A stretch of DNA of 64,000 bases, from NCBI GenBank assembly GCA_051859245.1, contig JBHYGA010000004.1:320001-384000 (forward strand). The letters run 5' to 3'. Origin of the DNA: Gemmatimonadaceae bacterium (GTDB taxonomy: Bacteria > Gemmatimonadota > Gemmatimonadetes > Gemmatimonadales > Gemmatimonadaceae). How positions within the stretch are numbered: position 1 is the stretch's first letter; each line of letters opens with the position of its first letter. Of the stretch, positions 29,293 through 39,679 are shown piece by piece. Both the position numbers and the translations under genes were made by a program. The notes under the pieces are model-generated. The model ran no database searches and was not told the DNA's origin. It worked only from the letters and a program-made list of their open reading frames with translations.

Positions 29293-30051
29293 ATGTCGAA
29301 AAGCCGCCAATCCACCGTGCTCGTGCGCACCAGTACCGTGGGATTCAGCGCTGGATACCGCTGGCGCGCGCGCGGGAGTGCTTGGGGGCAGCTCGTGTGG
29401 GCCACACTCGGCGTGATCACCGTAACCGTCGATGACCTGCTCTGGGTGGTTCCACCACGACAGGCACTCTGGTTGCCGCCAAAGACGCCGCACGAAGTAG
29501 AGATGGCGGGCCGAGGTGTGCTGCGGTCGATGTATATCGTACCAGCCCGATGTCGGCGACTGTCGCGGGAGCCGCATGTGCTGGCGCTGTCAACACTGCT
29601 TCGTGCGTTGCTGCGCCGTGTGCTTGAGCGTGATACGCTGCACAGCAGGGAGCCTCGCGACGTACGTCTGCTTGGCGTACTCATGGATGAACTGACGGAC
29701 GAGCCGCTCGCACCAATTGAACTGCCCATGCCGTTCGACGCGCGGGCACGCCGCGCCGCCGAGTTGCTGCAGGCGGTGCTGACTGAAGAGCCTGCACTGC
29801 CGGCGGTTGCTTCACACGCAGGCGCGAGCGTGAGAACGCTGGAGCGACTTTTTCACGCGGAAACCGGATTGTCCTTCGGTGTGTGGCGACAACGTGCGCG
29901 GTTCGTACGCGCGATGAAATGTCTCGCAAATGGCGACAGTGTCACTGCCGCAGGATTGGCCGCGGGTTATTCGAGCACGAGTGCGTTTGTGGCAGCATTT
30001 CGCCGCACGGTGGGTGTGACACCCGGACGCTACGTAAAAGGCAAAGAATGA
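29293..30051 (+). CDS. AraC-family regulator (cupin + HTH), divergent from the VOC gene
   Basis: WGQL..WVVPP..ALWLPP..PH; RTLERLF; GYSSTSAFVAAFRR..GVTPG. Confidence 0.9.
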   Translation: MSKSRQSTVLVRTSTVGFSAGYRWRARGSAWGQLVWATLGVITVTVDDLLWVVPPRQALWLPPKTPHEVEMAGRGVLRSMYIVPARCRRLSREPHVLALSTLLRALLRRVLERDTLHSREPRDVRLLGVLMDELTDEPLAPIELPMPFDARARRAAELLQAVLTEEPALPAVASHAGASVRTLERLFHAETGLSFGVWRQRARFVRAMKCLANGDSVTAAGLAAGYSSTSAFVAAFRRTVGVTPGRYVKGKE

Positions 30052-30073
30052 AGCAACGTGTGCTATCGTCCGA

Positions 30074-30661
30074 TCAACGAGTTGGCGGCGAGAGGCGAAT
30101 CACCCGCTCCGCAATCCACGTCCCACTAGTACGCGTGGCGCGTACAATGCCCGAGCCACCGGGTGATTGTTGCGCCGCCCGCACTGCAGGCGTAACACGC
30201 GGATCGCCTTCGAAGAGCACGTCATTCACATAGAAGCCGCGTTTCCCCTTGAACTGCACCACCACGTGCATGTGCGCCGGTTCGGTGCTGCGCGGGTACG
30301 CGCCCGGGCGAATCGAATGCACGGTCACGAACCCCGCCGAGTCCGGATACGCCCAACCGTGCAACGCGCCATGAAATCGCAGGCAACCGGTGGCGCCAGG
30401 AATGGGCGGGTACACGCCCGCGGCGTTTGTGTGGTACACGAACACGAGCAGGTCGCGCAGCGCATCGCCGTTCGGAGCGAGGAACTGTAGTCGCAGCCGC
30501 AAGCGATCACCTGGTTCAGACGGTGCGGCGAGCGTGAGTGTTGACGGCAGCGTGACACTCGGCGGCGCGGGCGGTCGGCACGCCGCGTCGTCGGGCGAGT
30601 TCTGAGCGCATGCGACGGCCGGTATCAGTGAGAACAGCAGGATGCTGATACTGCGCATCAT
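30074..30661 (-). CDS. intradiol dioxygenase-like secreted protein
   Basis: EPG, VYHTNAAGVY, IRPGAYP and PAHMH. Confidence 0.8.
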   Translation of the reverse strand: MMRSISILLFSLIPAVACAQNSPDDAACRPPAPPSVTLPSTLTLAAPSEPGDRLRLRLQFLAPNGDALRDLLVFVYHTNAAGVYPPIPGATGCLRFHGALHGWAYPDSAGFVTVHSIRPGAYPRSTEPAHMHVVVQFKGKRGFYVNDVLFEGDPRVTPAVRAAQQSPGGSGIVRATRTSGTWIAERVIRLSPPTR

Positions 30662-31416
30662 CGTGCCGCCTCGCTGTTCGCTACACGCGCTACAATGTCG
30701 AACTCAAGATGAATGAGATCGTCCACCAGATCATTGGTCAGCCGTGAGCCACGAAACGCCACGCCCCATTGCATACGATCGAGCGTGGCGCGCGCGGTGG
30801 CGTGCAGTCGCGTCGGCTCGTACGACCAGACGGTTGCATCCATACCGAACGCGCGAGTCACACCACGCAACGTGAGCTCGCCGTCGAGACGCACCAGATT
30901 TCCGCCGCGCGAGGTCACGCGCCGAACTTCGAATGCTGCGGTAGGATGGTTGGTCACATCAAAAAAATCGGCCGCTAACAGATGCGTGAGCAGCTTATGC
31001 CGAGCTGAGGTTTCGGCGAGCGGCATGTCCGTGATGGCGATGCTTCGCATATCAATATCAAAGCGCGCACTGCGCAACTCGGCGCGCCGCGCGTTGTAGT
31101 CGAGCGTGCCGCCTTTCAGTCGCACGACACCGGCGTGCGCCCCGCGGCCACCGAACTTGGTGCCGCGCCATCGGACAACGGACTCGGCGGTGTCGACGAA
31201 TGCTCCAGCGTCTGCGTCCGCAACGGTCGACGAGCGCGTGGCGAACGGCGTGGTGTTCGCGGTCGTGATACCAGCTGGTATGTCGCGATTTAACGTGTCA
31301 CGATGCAGCGTGCCACGAGGAGTCGACGAATTATCCGCAGGCGCGGGCTCGGGCAAGGACCGCCAACCCAGAAACATCCCGGCACCTAACAACAACCCGA
31401 TCACCGCTCGAATCAC
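30658..31416 (-). CDS. YceI family protein
   Basis: HLLAADFFDVTNHPTAAF, GELTLRGVT and DRMQWG; GGAGG before GTG 31416. Confidence 0.85.
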   Translation of the reverse strand: MIRAVIGLLLGAGMFLGWRSLPEPAPADNSSTPRGTLHRDTLNRDIPAGITTANTTPFATRSSTVADADAGAFVDTAESVVRWRGTKFGGRGAHAGVVRLKGGTLDYNARRAELRSARFDIDMRSIAITDMPLAETSARHKLLTHLLAADFFDVTNHPTAAFEVRRVTSRGGNLVRLDGELTLRGVTRAFGMDATVWSYEPTRLHATARATLDRMQWGVAFRGSRLTNDLVDDLIHLEFDIVARVANSEAAR

Positions 31417-31489
31417 GATATCCTCCAGAGGGCAACAAGAGCACGCACTGGTATGGATGCCGCGCACAGCGAATCGGTTTATGCGAGCT

Positions 31490-32596
31490 CTACGCTTCTG
31501 GTTTCACGCGCGCTGCGTGTACAAGTCGGATCATACGGTACAGCTGGTCATCGTTAAACGTGAAGTCCTGCTCCGTGTTGACACGATGCACGAGCACCAG
31601 GCGATGTTTGGGATACACACCGAGCATGTGTACCCCGACTCCCGTGTGATAGAACGATGCACGCGCATCGCCGGCGTCGGGCACGAGAACATCCCAGAGC
31701 ATGCCGTAAGCCAGACCGTACGTGGAGTCGATCACAGAGATCGGCTGCGTGCTCTCGTCGATCCACTGCGCCGGAATCAGCTGACGCCCGTTCCACTGTC
31801 CACGGTTCAGATACAACTGACCAAAGAGGGCGAGGTCGTGCGCCGAGAGACGGAAGTGATACGCGGGAAACTGTGAGCGCTGGCGCTCGTAGCTGCGGAT
31901 TCCGTCCATGCTGAACGGCGGTGACAGGTCGGCAAGCGCATCTTCAACGACCTTGCCATCATAGTCGAGCATGCCAAGCGGTTTGGCGATTTGCTCAGCG
32001 AAGGCGTCATGAATGCGTTTACCCGTACACTGCTCGTAGATCGCACCGGCGGCGTTGAAATCCCAGTTGTTGTAATAGTAAAACGCGCCTGGTGCATGAC
32101 TGCCGCGCGCGGGTCGTTGCGCAGCCATGCCGTCGGATTCGGCCGCGGCCTCGTGATACACGCCCGAACGCGACTGCAACACCTGTCGCAGTGTGGCCTG
32201 TTTCTCAGCGTCGGTCAGCGACGGTGCGATGTCGTCAACGCCGAGCGAGGCGAGCGTTTGGTCGAGCTGCAGACACGCCCGTTGCGAGTCCATGCCAATC
32301 AAGGCATTGAGCACCGGTTTGCGAATGGAGTGCAGCAGACGTTTCTGCCGGATATCACCCCACTCGAACAGCACCTTGCCATCGTGCAGCAGCAGCATGG
32401 ATTCGGAGCCTGCCGTGCGCAGGAAGTCGCGCAGTGAGTCGAGGCCACTCTGAGAATAGCCGGCGTCGCTGGGGCTGATGCGCTCAAACGCGTCGCGGCG
32501 GGACGCTTCCTGAATGCGCGGGGCTGCCGCATTGCAGGCAGCGAGGGTCGCAATGCCCAGCGTTGCGAGCAGGCGTGCAGCGTAGCTTGACGCCAC
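31490..32596 (-). CDS. serine hydrolase (beta-lactamase-like) lipoprotein
   Basis: SIRK (SxxK), YYNN, DLALFGQLYL..GQW and HTG; lipobox LAAC. Confidence 0.88.
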   Translation of the reverse strand: MASSYAARLLATLGIATLAACNAAAPRIQEASRRDAFERISPSDAGYSQSGLDSLRDFLRTAGSESMLLLHDGKVLFEWGDIRQKRLLHSIRKPVLNALIGMDSQRACLQLDQTLASLGVDDIAPSLTDAEKQATLRQVLQSRSGVYHEAAAESDGMAAQRPARGSHAPGAFYYYNNWDFNAAGAIYEQCTGKRIHDAFAEQIAKPLGMLDYDGKVVEDALADLSPPFSMDGIRSYERQRSQFPAYHFRLSAHDLALFGQLYLNRGQWNGRQLIPAQWIDESTQPISVIDSTYGLAYGMLWDVLVPDAGDARASFYHTGVGVHMLGVYPKHRLVLVHRVNTEQDFTFNDDQLYRMIRLVHAARVKPEA

Positions 32597-32597
32597 G

Positions 32598-33557
32598 TTA
32601 CGCCATCTGCGCCGCATTCTCCGGCAACACATACTGCCCGTCGGCGATCGCCGTGAGCTCCTCGGCTGGCGCACGCACCGCCCACGCGTACCCATTCGCC
32701 ACAATCGCGGGCTCCACAATGCGCGCGCCCAGAAAGTATCCCGCGCGCTCCGGAATCACAGTGCGCTCGATCGTGCGCGCTTCGTCGCTCATGCCGCCGG
32801 ACAAATAACGCAGACGCAGCCCGAGCCCCGCACGATCGAGATCAGCGGTAATCGCTCGCGTGAGCAACGGCTCCAGCTCACGCACCCGCGCGTACTGCTT
32901 ACGCGCGTAGCCGAAGTATTCCCACGCGGCGTACCCCGGCGAAATCGCGCGCGACACCTGCACCGCGAGGCCTTCGTTGACCAGCAGCTCACGCAGCGAC
33001 GCGAGACGCCCCGTCTCCCAGTACGAGTAGTATCCACCGGCATCGTGCACGAGCGCGCGCATTTCGCTGCGGCTCAGTGGCGATGTGTACCGCACGGTGT
33101 GCGTGATTTCGTGCGCGAGCCAGAGCGGCAACAGCTCGGGATCAAGCCCCAGTCCCTGCGTATCCGGATTGGCTACGCCGGTGAAATGCTCAAGACACAC
33201 AAACGCCACGCCGCGTCCGTCTACGACGAGTTCACCGGCGTTGGCGGCGCCCACGCCCACCATGATCACCACGTCGATGTCGCTGTCGAGCGCGAGCAAC
33301 TCACGCACCTGCGCCACCGTGCGTTCGGCAATGGACACGATATCGGTGCGCGCGAGCAGGGCGAGCAGATCGCTGCGGTCGGCGAGCACGGTGCTGCGCA
33401 CCACATCGTCAAAGTGCGGACCGGCCGGATCCAGCACGTAGTTGTCCCAGTACGCGGTGAGCAGGGCCCGATGCCGATCGAAGTACGCGCGATACGCAGC
33501 GACTCGATCGGGGGCTTGCAGAACGGCGAGAAAGTCTGGGAGGAGGTTGACGATCAT
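32598..33557 (-). CDS. putative Zn-dependent protease (DUF2268-like)
   Basis: AHEITH, NEGLA and RAGYFLG. Confidence 0.7.
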   Translation of the reverse strand: MIVNLLPDFLAVLQAPDRVAAYRAYFDRHRALLTAYWDNYVLDPAGPHFDDVVRSTVLADRSDLLALLARTDIVSIAERTVAQVRELLALDSDIDVVIMVGVGAANAGELVVDGRGVAFVCLEHFTGVANPDTQGLGLDPELLPLWLAHEITHTVRYTSPLSRSEMRALVHDAGGYYSYWETGRLASLRELLVNEGLAVQVSRAISPGYAAWEYFGYARKQYARVRELEPLLTRAITADLDRAGLGLRLRYLSGGMSDEARTIERTVIPERAGYFLGARIVEPAIVANGYAWAVRAPAEELTAIADGQYVLPENAAQMA

Positions 33558-33748
33558 CAACGCCCTGGGCGCGGGATTGCGGCGCGGTATGGACTCGCCG
33601 AGTGAACGTGCCGAAATACGCCAGAGTGAGCGGATAAGGGCGACGGGCCAAGATAGCGCGCACACGCGATTGCAGGCAAGCGCGGATTTCCAACCGGCCT
33701 TGTTATGCCGTCGAGTCCACGTGCCGACACTCCATGTCGTGAGACGGC

Positions 33749-34432
33749 ATGTCGCCGACTCCGTCGCTCGACCTCGCCATGACCACACTGCAACTCATCG
33801 ATCTCACCTGCCCCGTGTGCACCACGCAGTTCCGCTCACAAGCGGTGCTGGCAACGAACGCATTCGGTGGCAAACGGACGGATTTTCACGAGCGCGCCGC
33901 CGGCATGCAGCCGCTGCCCTACTTCGTGCATCTGTGCTGCACCTGCGGCTACGCGGGTGTGGACCGTGATTTCGATCACGAGGTGGATCTGAGCACGGAA
34001 ACGCGCGAGAAAGTGTGGTTCACGTTGCCGTCGTCACTGGCGCGCGAAGGACCACGCGGTTCGCTCAAGTACGAACACGCGGCGCTCGTGGCCTCGTGGC
34101 AGGGATGCGAACCGCGGTACCTCGGCGATCTCTATCTGCGCGCGGCCTGGTGCTGCGTGGACGAGCAGGACCATGAAGCTGAACGGTATTATCGTCGGCA
34201 TGCGGCCTGGCAGTTTGCCGAGGCGCTGCGGTTGTTCGACGGCGTGGAACGCTCAGAGCGCGCGGTCATTACCTACCTGATCGGCGAACTCTGGCGCCGC
34301 ATTGGCGACGAAGACATGGCCAGCTCATGGTTTGATCGCGTGCCGCTGGAGATTGTAGAGCCGTCCACGCAAGAGTGGGTGCTCGACGTGACGCGTCAGC
34401 AGCGGCAGACGCCGCGTGAGTGGTTCGGGTAG
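33749..34432 (+). CDS. DUF2225-like Zn-finger/TPR protein
   Basis: CPVC...TDF...CTCGYA, LRAAW and YLIGELWRRIG. Confidence 0.75.
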   Translation: MSPTPSLDLAMTTLQLIDLTCPVCTTQFRSQAVLATNAFGGKRTDFHERAAGMQPLPYFVHLCCTCGYAGVDRDFDHEVDLSTETREKVWFTLPSSLAREGPRGSLKYEHAALVASWQGCEPRYLGDLYLRAAWCCVDEQDHEAERYYRRHAAWQFAEALRLFDGVERSERAVITYLIGELWRRIGDEDMASSWFDRVPLEIVEPSTQEWVLDVTRQQRQTPREWFG

Positions 34433-34451
34433 GGTTCCAGACCTGGTTGCA

Positions 34452-34925
34452 TTAGAAGTGGTTTGAGACCAGAGACCACGTGGAATCCAATACAAACATG
34501 TGATGTACGCGCCACAGGTCAGCCATACCGGCGTTTACCACATATCGATTGGGCGTCAGTCGCACGACAAACACACCGGTCACCTGAGACAGCCAACCGC
34601 TACGGGCCAGGGAGTCTTCGGCCGCAAAGTACAGCGAAGCGTAGGCCAGGCGAGCGGCAGCACACTTAGCAGAATCCCGTACAACGGTTGCACTGACGCT
34701 GGAAACGCCGGCTACACCAATGCTATCGAGGAACGCCATCACCTCTGGCTCAGCTGAGGACGAATCGAGTTGCTGAGCGATCCGATCCAGCGTGTAAGAT
34801 TCCATGTTTTCGTGCAAAGTGCATACGGCGGGCGGTTGCGTGGACGCTTCAGGGCTGGATATGGAAACTGCGGTCGCGGCAGTTGTGGCAAAAATCGCAA
34901 TGAAGACTATAGGGTAGCGTGTCAT
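34452..34925 (-). CDS. small secreted hypothetical protein (candidate immunity/partner)
   Basis: Signal peptide MTRYPIVFIAIFATTAATA; two Cys; starts 7 nt after the upstream stop, with a GGAGA RBS. Confidence 0.65.
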   Translation of the reverse strand: MTRYPIVFIAIFATTAATAVSISSPEASTQPPAVCTLHENMESYTLDRIAQQLDSSSAEPEVMAFLDSIGVAGVSSVSATVVRDSAKCAAARLAYASLYFAAEDSLARSGWLSQVTGVFVVRLTPNRYVVNAGMADLWRVHHMFVLDSTWSLVSNHF

Positions 34926-34932
34926 GGTGGGA

Positions 34933-36783
34933 CTATCTCCAGGATTGGGTGGGTCTCGCACCGCTCAACGTCAAGCATGATTGCGGAGAAAGGGGCAGTG
35001 TCCGAGTGTATCCGAAAGTCTTCGCCCCCTGTCTGATGTTTCTCGGCACGCGAAGCGTGTCGAGAACAATGGTGCCATTCGGCAGCCTCCGACGTGCAAA
35101 TACAGTCCGCACTGAGGAAACTGTGTCCATAGACCAAACGCGATCCTTCTCCACTACGATCTGCCGAAATCCGGGAGCCAAGAAGTGTGGGAAGTCATTG
35201 ATCTTGTACAACGTATTCCAGTCAGCCGCGCTAGGACCTCGTCCCGCCGTCCCAACGTTCGGCCTGCCTCCGGTACAGCTCGCCGGAACGGCCTGTTGGT
35301 AGTTAATGGGGTGAGTATGCAACTGCCGTACCACCTTCATCGTGCTTGTTGTCCAGTTCGTCGCAAATAGCTCCGGATATCCAGACGTCGTCGAGCATGG
35401 GGTGCCTGCGGGGTCCGCTGGCAAAAACCTGGTAATGATGACCCCTGCAGAATCAATCACGAAAGCGACGCGCTCGCGACGCAGACTATCTGGCAGCTGA
35501 TCTCCACCTAGCTTCCAAAGACTATCAATCGCTCCTCGAACGGAGGCGAGATCGACGTCCGGGTTGCCCGTCGGGCATGGCAGCGTATCGATGGACACGC
35601 TGCAAGTGATGGTCTGTCCGGTGGTGAGTGTTGCGCTAACGCTGAGCGAGAGTGGAATCGGAACTGGAACGCGACAACGCAAGGAGTTTGCGTCGCACAC
35701 ACCTCCGCCGGATACTGACAGGCTCGACAGTTGTCGCGCTGGGGTTACCGTGACGACTAAAGTCGTAGAGTCGCCGGCGACGACGGGGTTTTCGTAGGCG
35801 GTTGCAGCAAGGACAACTGGCAGAATCACTGTCTCCGCCGAAGCTTGCTCGATGAAACTGTTAGTGCCAACTCGCGCGCGAACGAACATTGTACCTGGAT
35901 CAGGTGGTGCGAATCGACACGTCGTACCGAGTGTCGAACAGCCCACCGATGAAGTTGTCCCCGTGGTGTCTTGCCAGATCCATTCACGAACTGAGACGGA
36001 CCGGCCGTCCGTTGAGGAAGCCGTGAAGTTGATCGAGTCCCCTGTGTAGGCGGGGCTTGGCGTTGCCACGAGCTCGAGGGTTCGAGCTATTCGCTTGACG
36101 GTGACTTTCTGTTGGCCAGCCAGAACATTGGCGAGGGCAGAATATGCGTACGCGGGTCCAGACGGAGTTGGGCAGCCGGGCGGAGTTGGGGGCGGCGCTG
36201 TCGTGCAGGAACCACTTCCCGCGATCGGGTATCGCTCGAAATAGACGGTAGCACCTTGTCTTCTCACAAAGCTTCCTTCGAACACGACGACGCTCGCCGC
36301 TGGATGCCCATTGGGAAGATAGCTTAGGCCCGAAACTACCGTGGCAGTCCCATTTCCGAAAATAATGGGCACGCGCACAAACAACTGTTGCCAGTTAGAG
36401 GTTGATCCACCGCCCATGGGGCCATAGACTCCGTTTCTATTCGGCTGCGGACTAAAGCAGCAGGTATACGCCGGATTCGGCGTAACAGTAATTGCGCCGC
36501 TGACCGTTATCTGCACGAGAGCGGAGTCAGGGAATGCGCAACCGGTACTCGTCGAAGACTGCGCGCCGGTTGAAGGCTCGCCGTACGGTGCCGAAAAGGT
36601 CATCGAGCACTCTCCAGCGGTCGGAAGCTGAGCGGCCGAGCTCATCCGTGGAGAAGCTACCACTGCGGTTGATGAACCGGTTACACGATCTGGTTCAATT
36701 TGACAGCTTGAACACAGAATCAGCGTCGCGAAAAATATCCAGTGTAGCGCGTTCGGTTGGACGGTGCCCAATTTTCTCTGCAT
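34933..36783 (-). CDS. secreted/lipoprotein with Ig/PKD-like domains and C-terminal JAB/MPN-like motif
   Basis: Hydrophobic N-terminus ending LCSSC; Ig-like strands; RRERVAFVI...HTHP...GPSAADW. Start at ATG 36783 is inferred. Confidence 0.65.
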   Translation of the reverse strand: MQRKLGTVQPNALHWIFFATLILCSSCQIEPDRVTGSSTAVVASPRMSSAAQLPTAGECSMTFSAPYGEPSTGAQSSTSTGCAFPDSALVQITVSGAITVTPNPAYTCCFSPQPNRNGVYGPMGGGSTSNWQQLFVRVPIIFGNGTATVVSGLSYLPNGHPAASVVVFEGSFVRRQGATVYFERYPIAGSGSCTTAPPPTPPGCPTPSGPAYAYSALANVLAGQQKVTVKRIARTLELVATPSPAYTGDSINFTASSTDGRSVSVREWIWQDTTGTTSSVGCSTLGTTCRFAPPDPGTMFVRARVGTNSFIEQASAETVILPVVLAATAYENPVVAGDSTTLVVTVTPARQLSSLSVSGGGVCDANSLRCRVPVPIPLSLSVSATLTTGQTITCSVSIDTLPCPTGNPDVDLASVRGAIDSLWKLGGDQLPDSLRRERVAFVIDSAGVIITRFLPADPAGTPCSTTSGYPELFATNWTTSTMKVVRQLHTHPINYQQAVPASCTGGRPNVGTAGRGPSAADWNTLYKINDFPHFLAPGFRQIVVEKDRVWSMDTVSSVRTVFARRRLPNGTIVLDTLRVPRNIRQGAKTFGYTRTLPLSPQSCLTLSGARPTQSWR

Positions 36784-37286
36784 TCTAAGATCTGTGAGAG
36801 AATGCGACGTGTCGCTGGCATTGCGTTGGCGATTAGATATCGGCCGAGAGTACTTCGGACGACGCGAATATCGTAAACACAAGCGTCACCACGTCGTCAC
36901 CAACAGGCGAAATGTGTGCGTTTCGGTGGGGATTCGCTCGACTGGTTCGACGAATATGTCGAACCTTTTGATCCTAGGCGCTTGCGTTGCCTGAGACGGT
37001 TGGCGGAAGACAATGCGGTGCCGCACCGAAACCAAGCCTGAAGGCGCCAAGTGCGCCGTCGTCTCTGTCGGACTACGGGCATCGGCGCATCGAGAGCTCA
37101 TACATGACCAGAAACACGCGCAACGTGGACATGGAGCGAAAAGAAGCGGCGAGTTCAACTGGCTGTTCGCGCGCGCACAACGACTGTCCGTAGCCCATCA
37201 CGAGGCCGTGCGCCGCTGACGCGGAAGGAGTTCAACCTGTGGGGTGACTTTAGTCCTCCGCACTTCGTCTCGTTCGAGCAGGTACG

Positions 37287-37943
37287 CTACCGCGTCCCGA
37301 ACAACCGATCACCCGCGTCACCGAGCCCCGGCAGGATGTAGCCGTTCTCGTTGAGCTCGCGATCAAGCGACGCGGTGAGCACGGACACATCCGGATGCGC
37401 CGCCGCCAGCCGTCGTACGCCTTCGGGCGCCGCAACCAGGCACAACAACCGAATGCGATGCGCTCCCGCACGCTTGAGTGACGTAACTGCGGCCGCCGCA
37501 CTGCCTCCCGTGGCCAGCATCGGATCCAGCAGCAGAAAATCCCGCGCTTCCGCGTCGCCCGGCACCTTGAAGTAGTAGTCCACCGGCTCGAGCGTATCGT
37601 GATCGCGATAGAGACCGATATGCCCCACGCGCGCCGATGGCATGAGGCGCAGAATGCCCTCCACCATGCCGAGTCCGGCGCGTAAAATCGGCACCAGCAC
37701 CAGCTTTTTGCCCGACACGGCCCAGCCCATCGTGGACTCAAGCGGCGTATCCACCGGCGCCGGCTCCACTACGAGATCCTTGGTGGCCTCGTACGCCATG
37801 AGCATGGCGATCTCGTCCACCAGCTCCTTGAACGTTTTGGTCGACGTTTCCCGGTCGCGCAGCAGCGTGATCTTGTGCCGCACCAGCGGGTGATCCACGA
37901 TGGTGAGCGTGGGGAAATCGGGATGCGAAATGGCGACTGACAT
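37287..37943 (-). CDS. upp: uracil phosphoribosyltransferase
   Basis: [26 protein letters not shown] and [16 protein letters not shown]. Confidence 0.97.
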   Translation of the reverse strand: MSVAISHPDFPTLTIVDHPLVRHKITLLRDRETSTKTFKELVDEIAMLMAYEATKDLVVEPAPVDTPLESTMGWAVSGKKLVLVPILRAGLGMVEGILRLMPSARVGHIGLYRDHDTLEPVDYYFKVPGDAEARDFLLLDPMLATGGSAAAAVTSLKRAGAHRIRLLCLVAAPEGVRRLAAAHPDVSVLTASLDRELNENGYILPGLGDAGDRLFGTR

Positions 37944-38050
37944 GGGCACAACTCGGCTCGGGTGATACCAGCGACGCGATAGATGCGCGGACCAACGCCG
38001 CCGCGCCGAAGCTAGCGGTTGGCAGAGCACAGACGCTAGCTTTGCCCTCC

Positions 38051-38230
38051 ATGAAGGAATATCAAGCCGTAATCGTGCGCTTCGGCAAGCGCGTGCGCGA
38101 TGATGAAGACGCACTCACCGATCTGCTCAACGAGCGCAGCCGCTCCGGGTGGACGCCGGAGCTGATCACGCAGGATGCCATGCGACTGACCGTGGTGTTT
38201 GCGCGTGAGGCGCCGGACCCCGAGGCGTAG
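38051..38230 (+). CDS. small DUF4177-like protein
   Basis: MKEYQ...[10 protein letters not shown]...VVFAR pattern. Confidence 0.6.
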   Translation: MKEYQAVIVRFGKRVRDDEDALTDLLNERSRSGWTPELITQDAMRLTVVFAREAPDPEA

Positions 38231-38236
38231 TTCGCG

Positions 38237-39601
38237 TTGCTCGCGGCGCTGCGCGCGTTTGGACGGAACGCGACGTCGTTCCAGCTCCTCGAGCGCGACT
38301 TTCTGGTGTGGCGGGATGTTGAGGCCGGCAAAACAGACGGCCGCGATACCCCGGTCGCTGCGGTTGGCTACGTGGACACCGGACCCGCTTGGGTAGCTGG
38401 CGGCGAACCGGTCGCGCCGGAACACGATGTACACATCGTGGCCGAACGTTTTCTCGAGGCGGCACAGCGCGCCGGTAAACGCGCGGCCTTTTTTGCGACC
38501 GAAGGACGACTCGTCACGTCGCCCCGCTTTTCGCGCTTGTTGCTCGGCGAACAACCGGTGTGGGATCCGGCCGCGTGGTCTGACACCATACGCGCGTCAC
38601 GATCGCTGCGTGCACAGATCAAACGCGCACGGAGCAAAGGTGTGGTGGTGCGACACGTTTCGGCCGCAGACGTTGCAACGGGCACCCCACTGCGACGCGA
38701 ACTCGATGCGCTGATCCAGCGCTGGCAAGCCACGCGCGCCATGGCACCCATGGGATTTCTGGTGCGCGTTGAACCGTTCACACACGCAGACGAACGCCGA
38801 TTGTTTGTGGCGGCACAGCACGGCCGAATGGTGGCGCTGCTGTCGATGGCGCCGGTGTACGCGCGTGACGGGTGGTTGTTTGAAGACTTGTTGCGCGATC
38901 CCACGGCGCCTAACGGTACCACGGAGCTTTTGGTTGACGCGGGCATGCGCGACATCGCGCACGCAGGCTCACGGTGGGCCACACTCGGCCTCGCGCCACT
39001 CGCGGGCCCGATTACGCCGCTGCTGGCGCGCGTGCGCAAACTCAGCACGCCATTCTTTAACTTCGCCGGACTGCAGGCGTTCAAAGCCAAGCTGCGTCCG
39101 CATACGTGGGAGCCCATCTGGCTGGCGTATCCGGCAGGCACGTTGTGGTGGCGCGCGCTGCTCGATGCGCTCACGGCGTTTGCCGGCGGTTCATTGTTGC
39201 GATTTGCGTGGGCAACACTGCGCCGAGGACCGCGACCTGTGCTTGTGGCAATGACCGCGCTGCTCGTGCCGTGGACAATTACGCTCGCGCTGCTCGATAC
39301 TACGCGATGGTTTCCTGACCCGTGGATGCAACGCGCCTGGGTGACGTTCGACGCGTTGTTGTGCATTGCACTTGTTGTGCTGATCTCGCGTTGGCGCGGT
39401 TGGTTGGGTACGCTCGTTGCAACGGCAGTGACCCTCGATGCACTGATTACCGTCATGCAGGCCGCTAACTGGTATGGGCCACGCGCGTCCACGATTACCG
39501 ACTGGTTGTTGATCGCGCTGGTGTGCACCGCACCGCTGCTGGCCGCGATCGTATTGTGGGGCACCGTGTCGCGACATCGCGTGAGCGAAGCACGAGTGTA
39601 A
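38237..39601 (+). CDS. aminoacyl-phosphatidylglycerol synthase domain protein (DUF2156) with C-terminal TMs
   Basis: GEPV, APNGTTELLV, TLGLAPLA and FFNFAGLQAFKAKLRP..WEP. Confidence 0.8.
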   Translation: MLAALRAFGRNATSFQLLERDFLVWRDVEAGKTDGRDTPVAAVGYVDTGPAWVAGGEPVAPEHDVHIVAERFLEAAQRAGKRAAFFATEGRLVTSPRFSRLLLGEQPVWDPAAWSDTIRASRSLRAQIKRARSKGVVVRHVSAADVATGTPLRRELDALIQRWQATRAMAPMGFLVRVEPFTHADERRLFVAAQHGRMVALLSMAPVYARDGWLFEDLLRDPTAPNGTTELLVDAGMRDIAHAGSRWATLGLAPLAGPITPLLARVRKLSTPFFNFAGLQAFKAKLRPHTWEPIWLAYPAGTLWWRALLDALTAFAGGSLLRFAWATLRRGPRPVLVAMTALLVPWTITLALLDTTRWFPDPWMQRAWVTFDALLCIALVVLISRWRGWLGTLVATAVTLDALITVMQAANWYGPRASTITDWLLIALVCTAPLLAAIVLWGTVSRHRVSEARV

Positions 39602-39679
39602 CTGCCGCGTATCGCGTTTGGTAAGCGAGTCGACGCGCGTCTTGCGGCGAGCTGGAGCCGACGGCGTACGGTGGATCGA

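Noticed and set aside
36886..37260. Short ORFs upstream of the JAB-motif gene
   Set aside because: No motif or RBS support; treated as intergenic.
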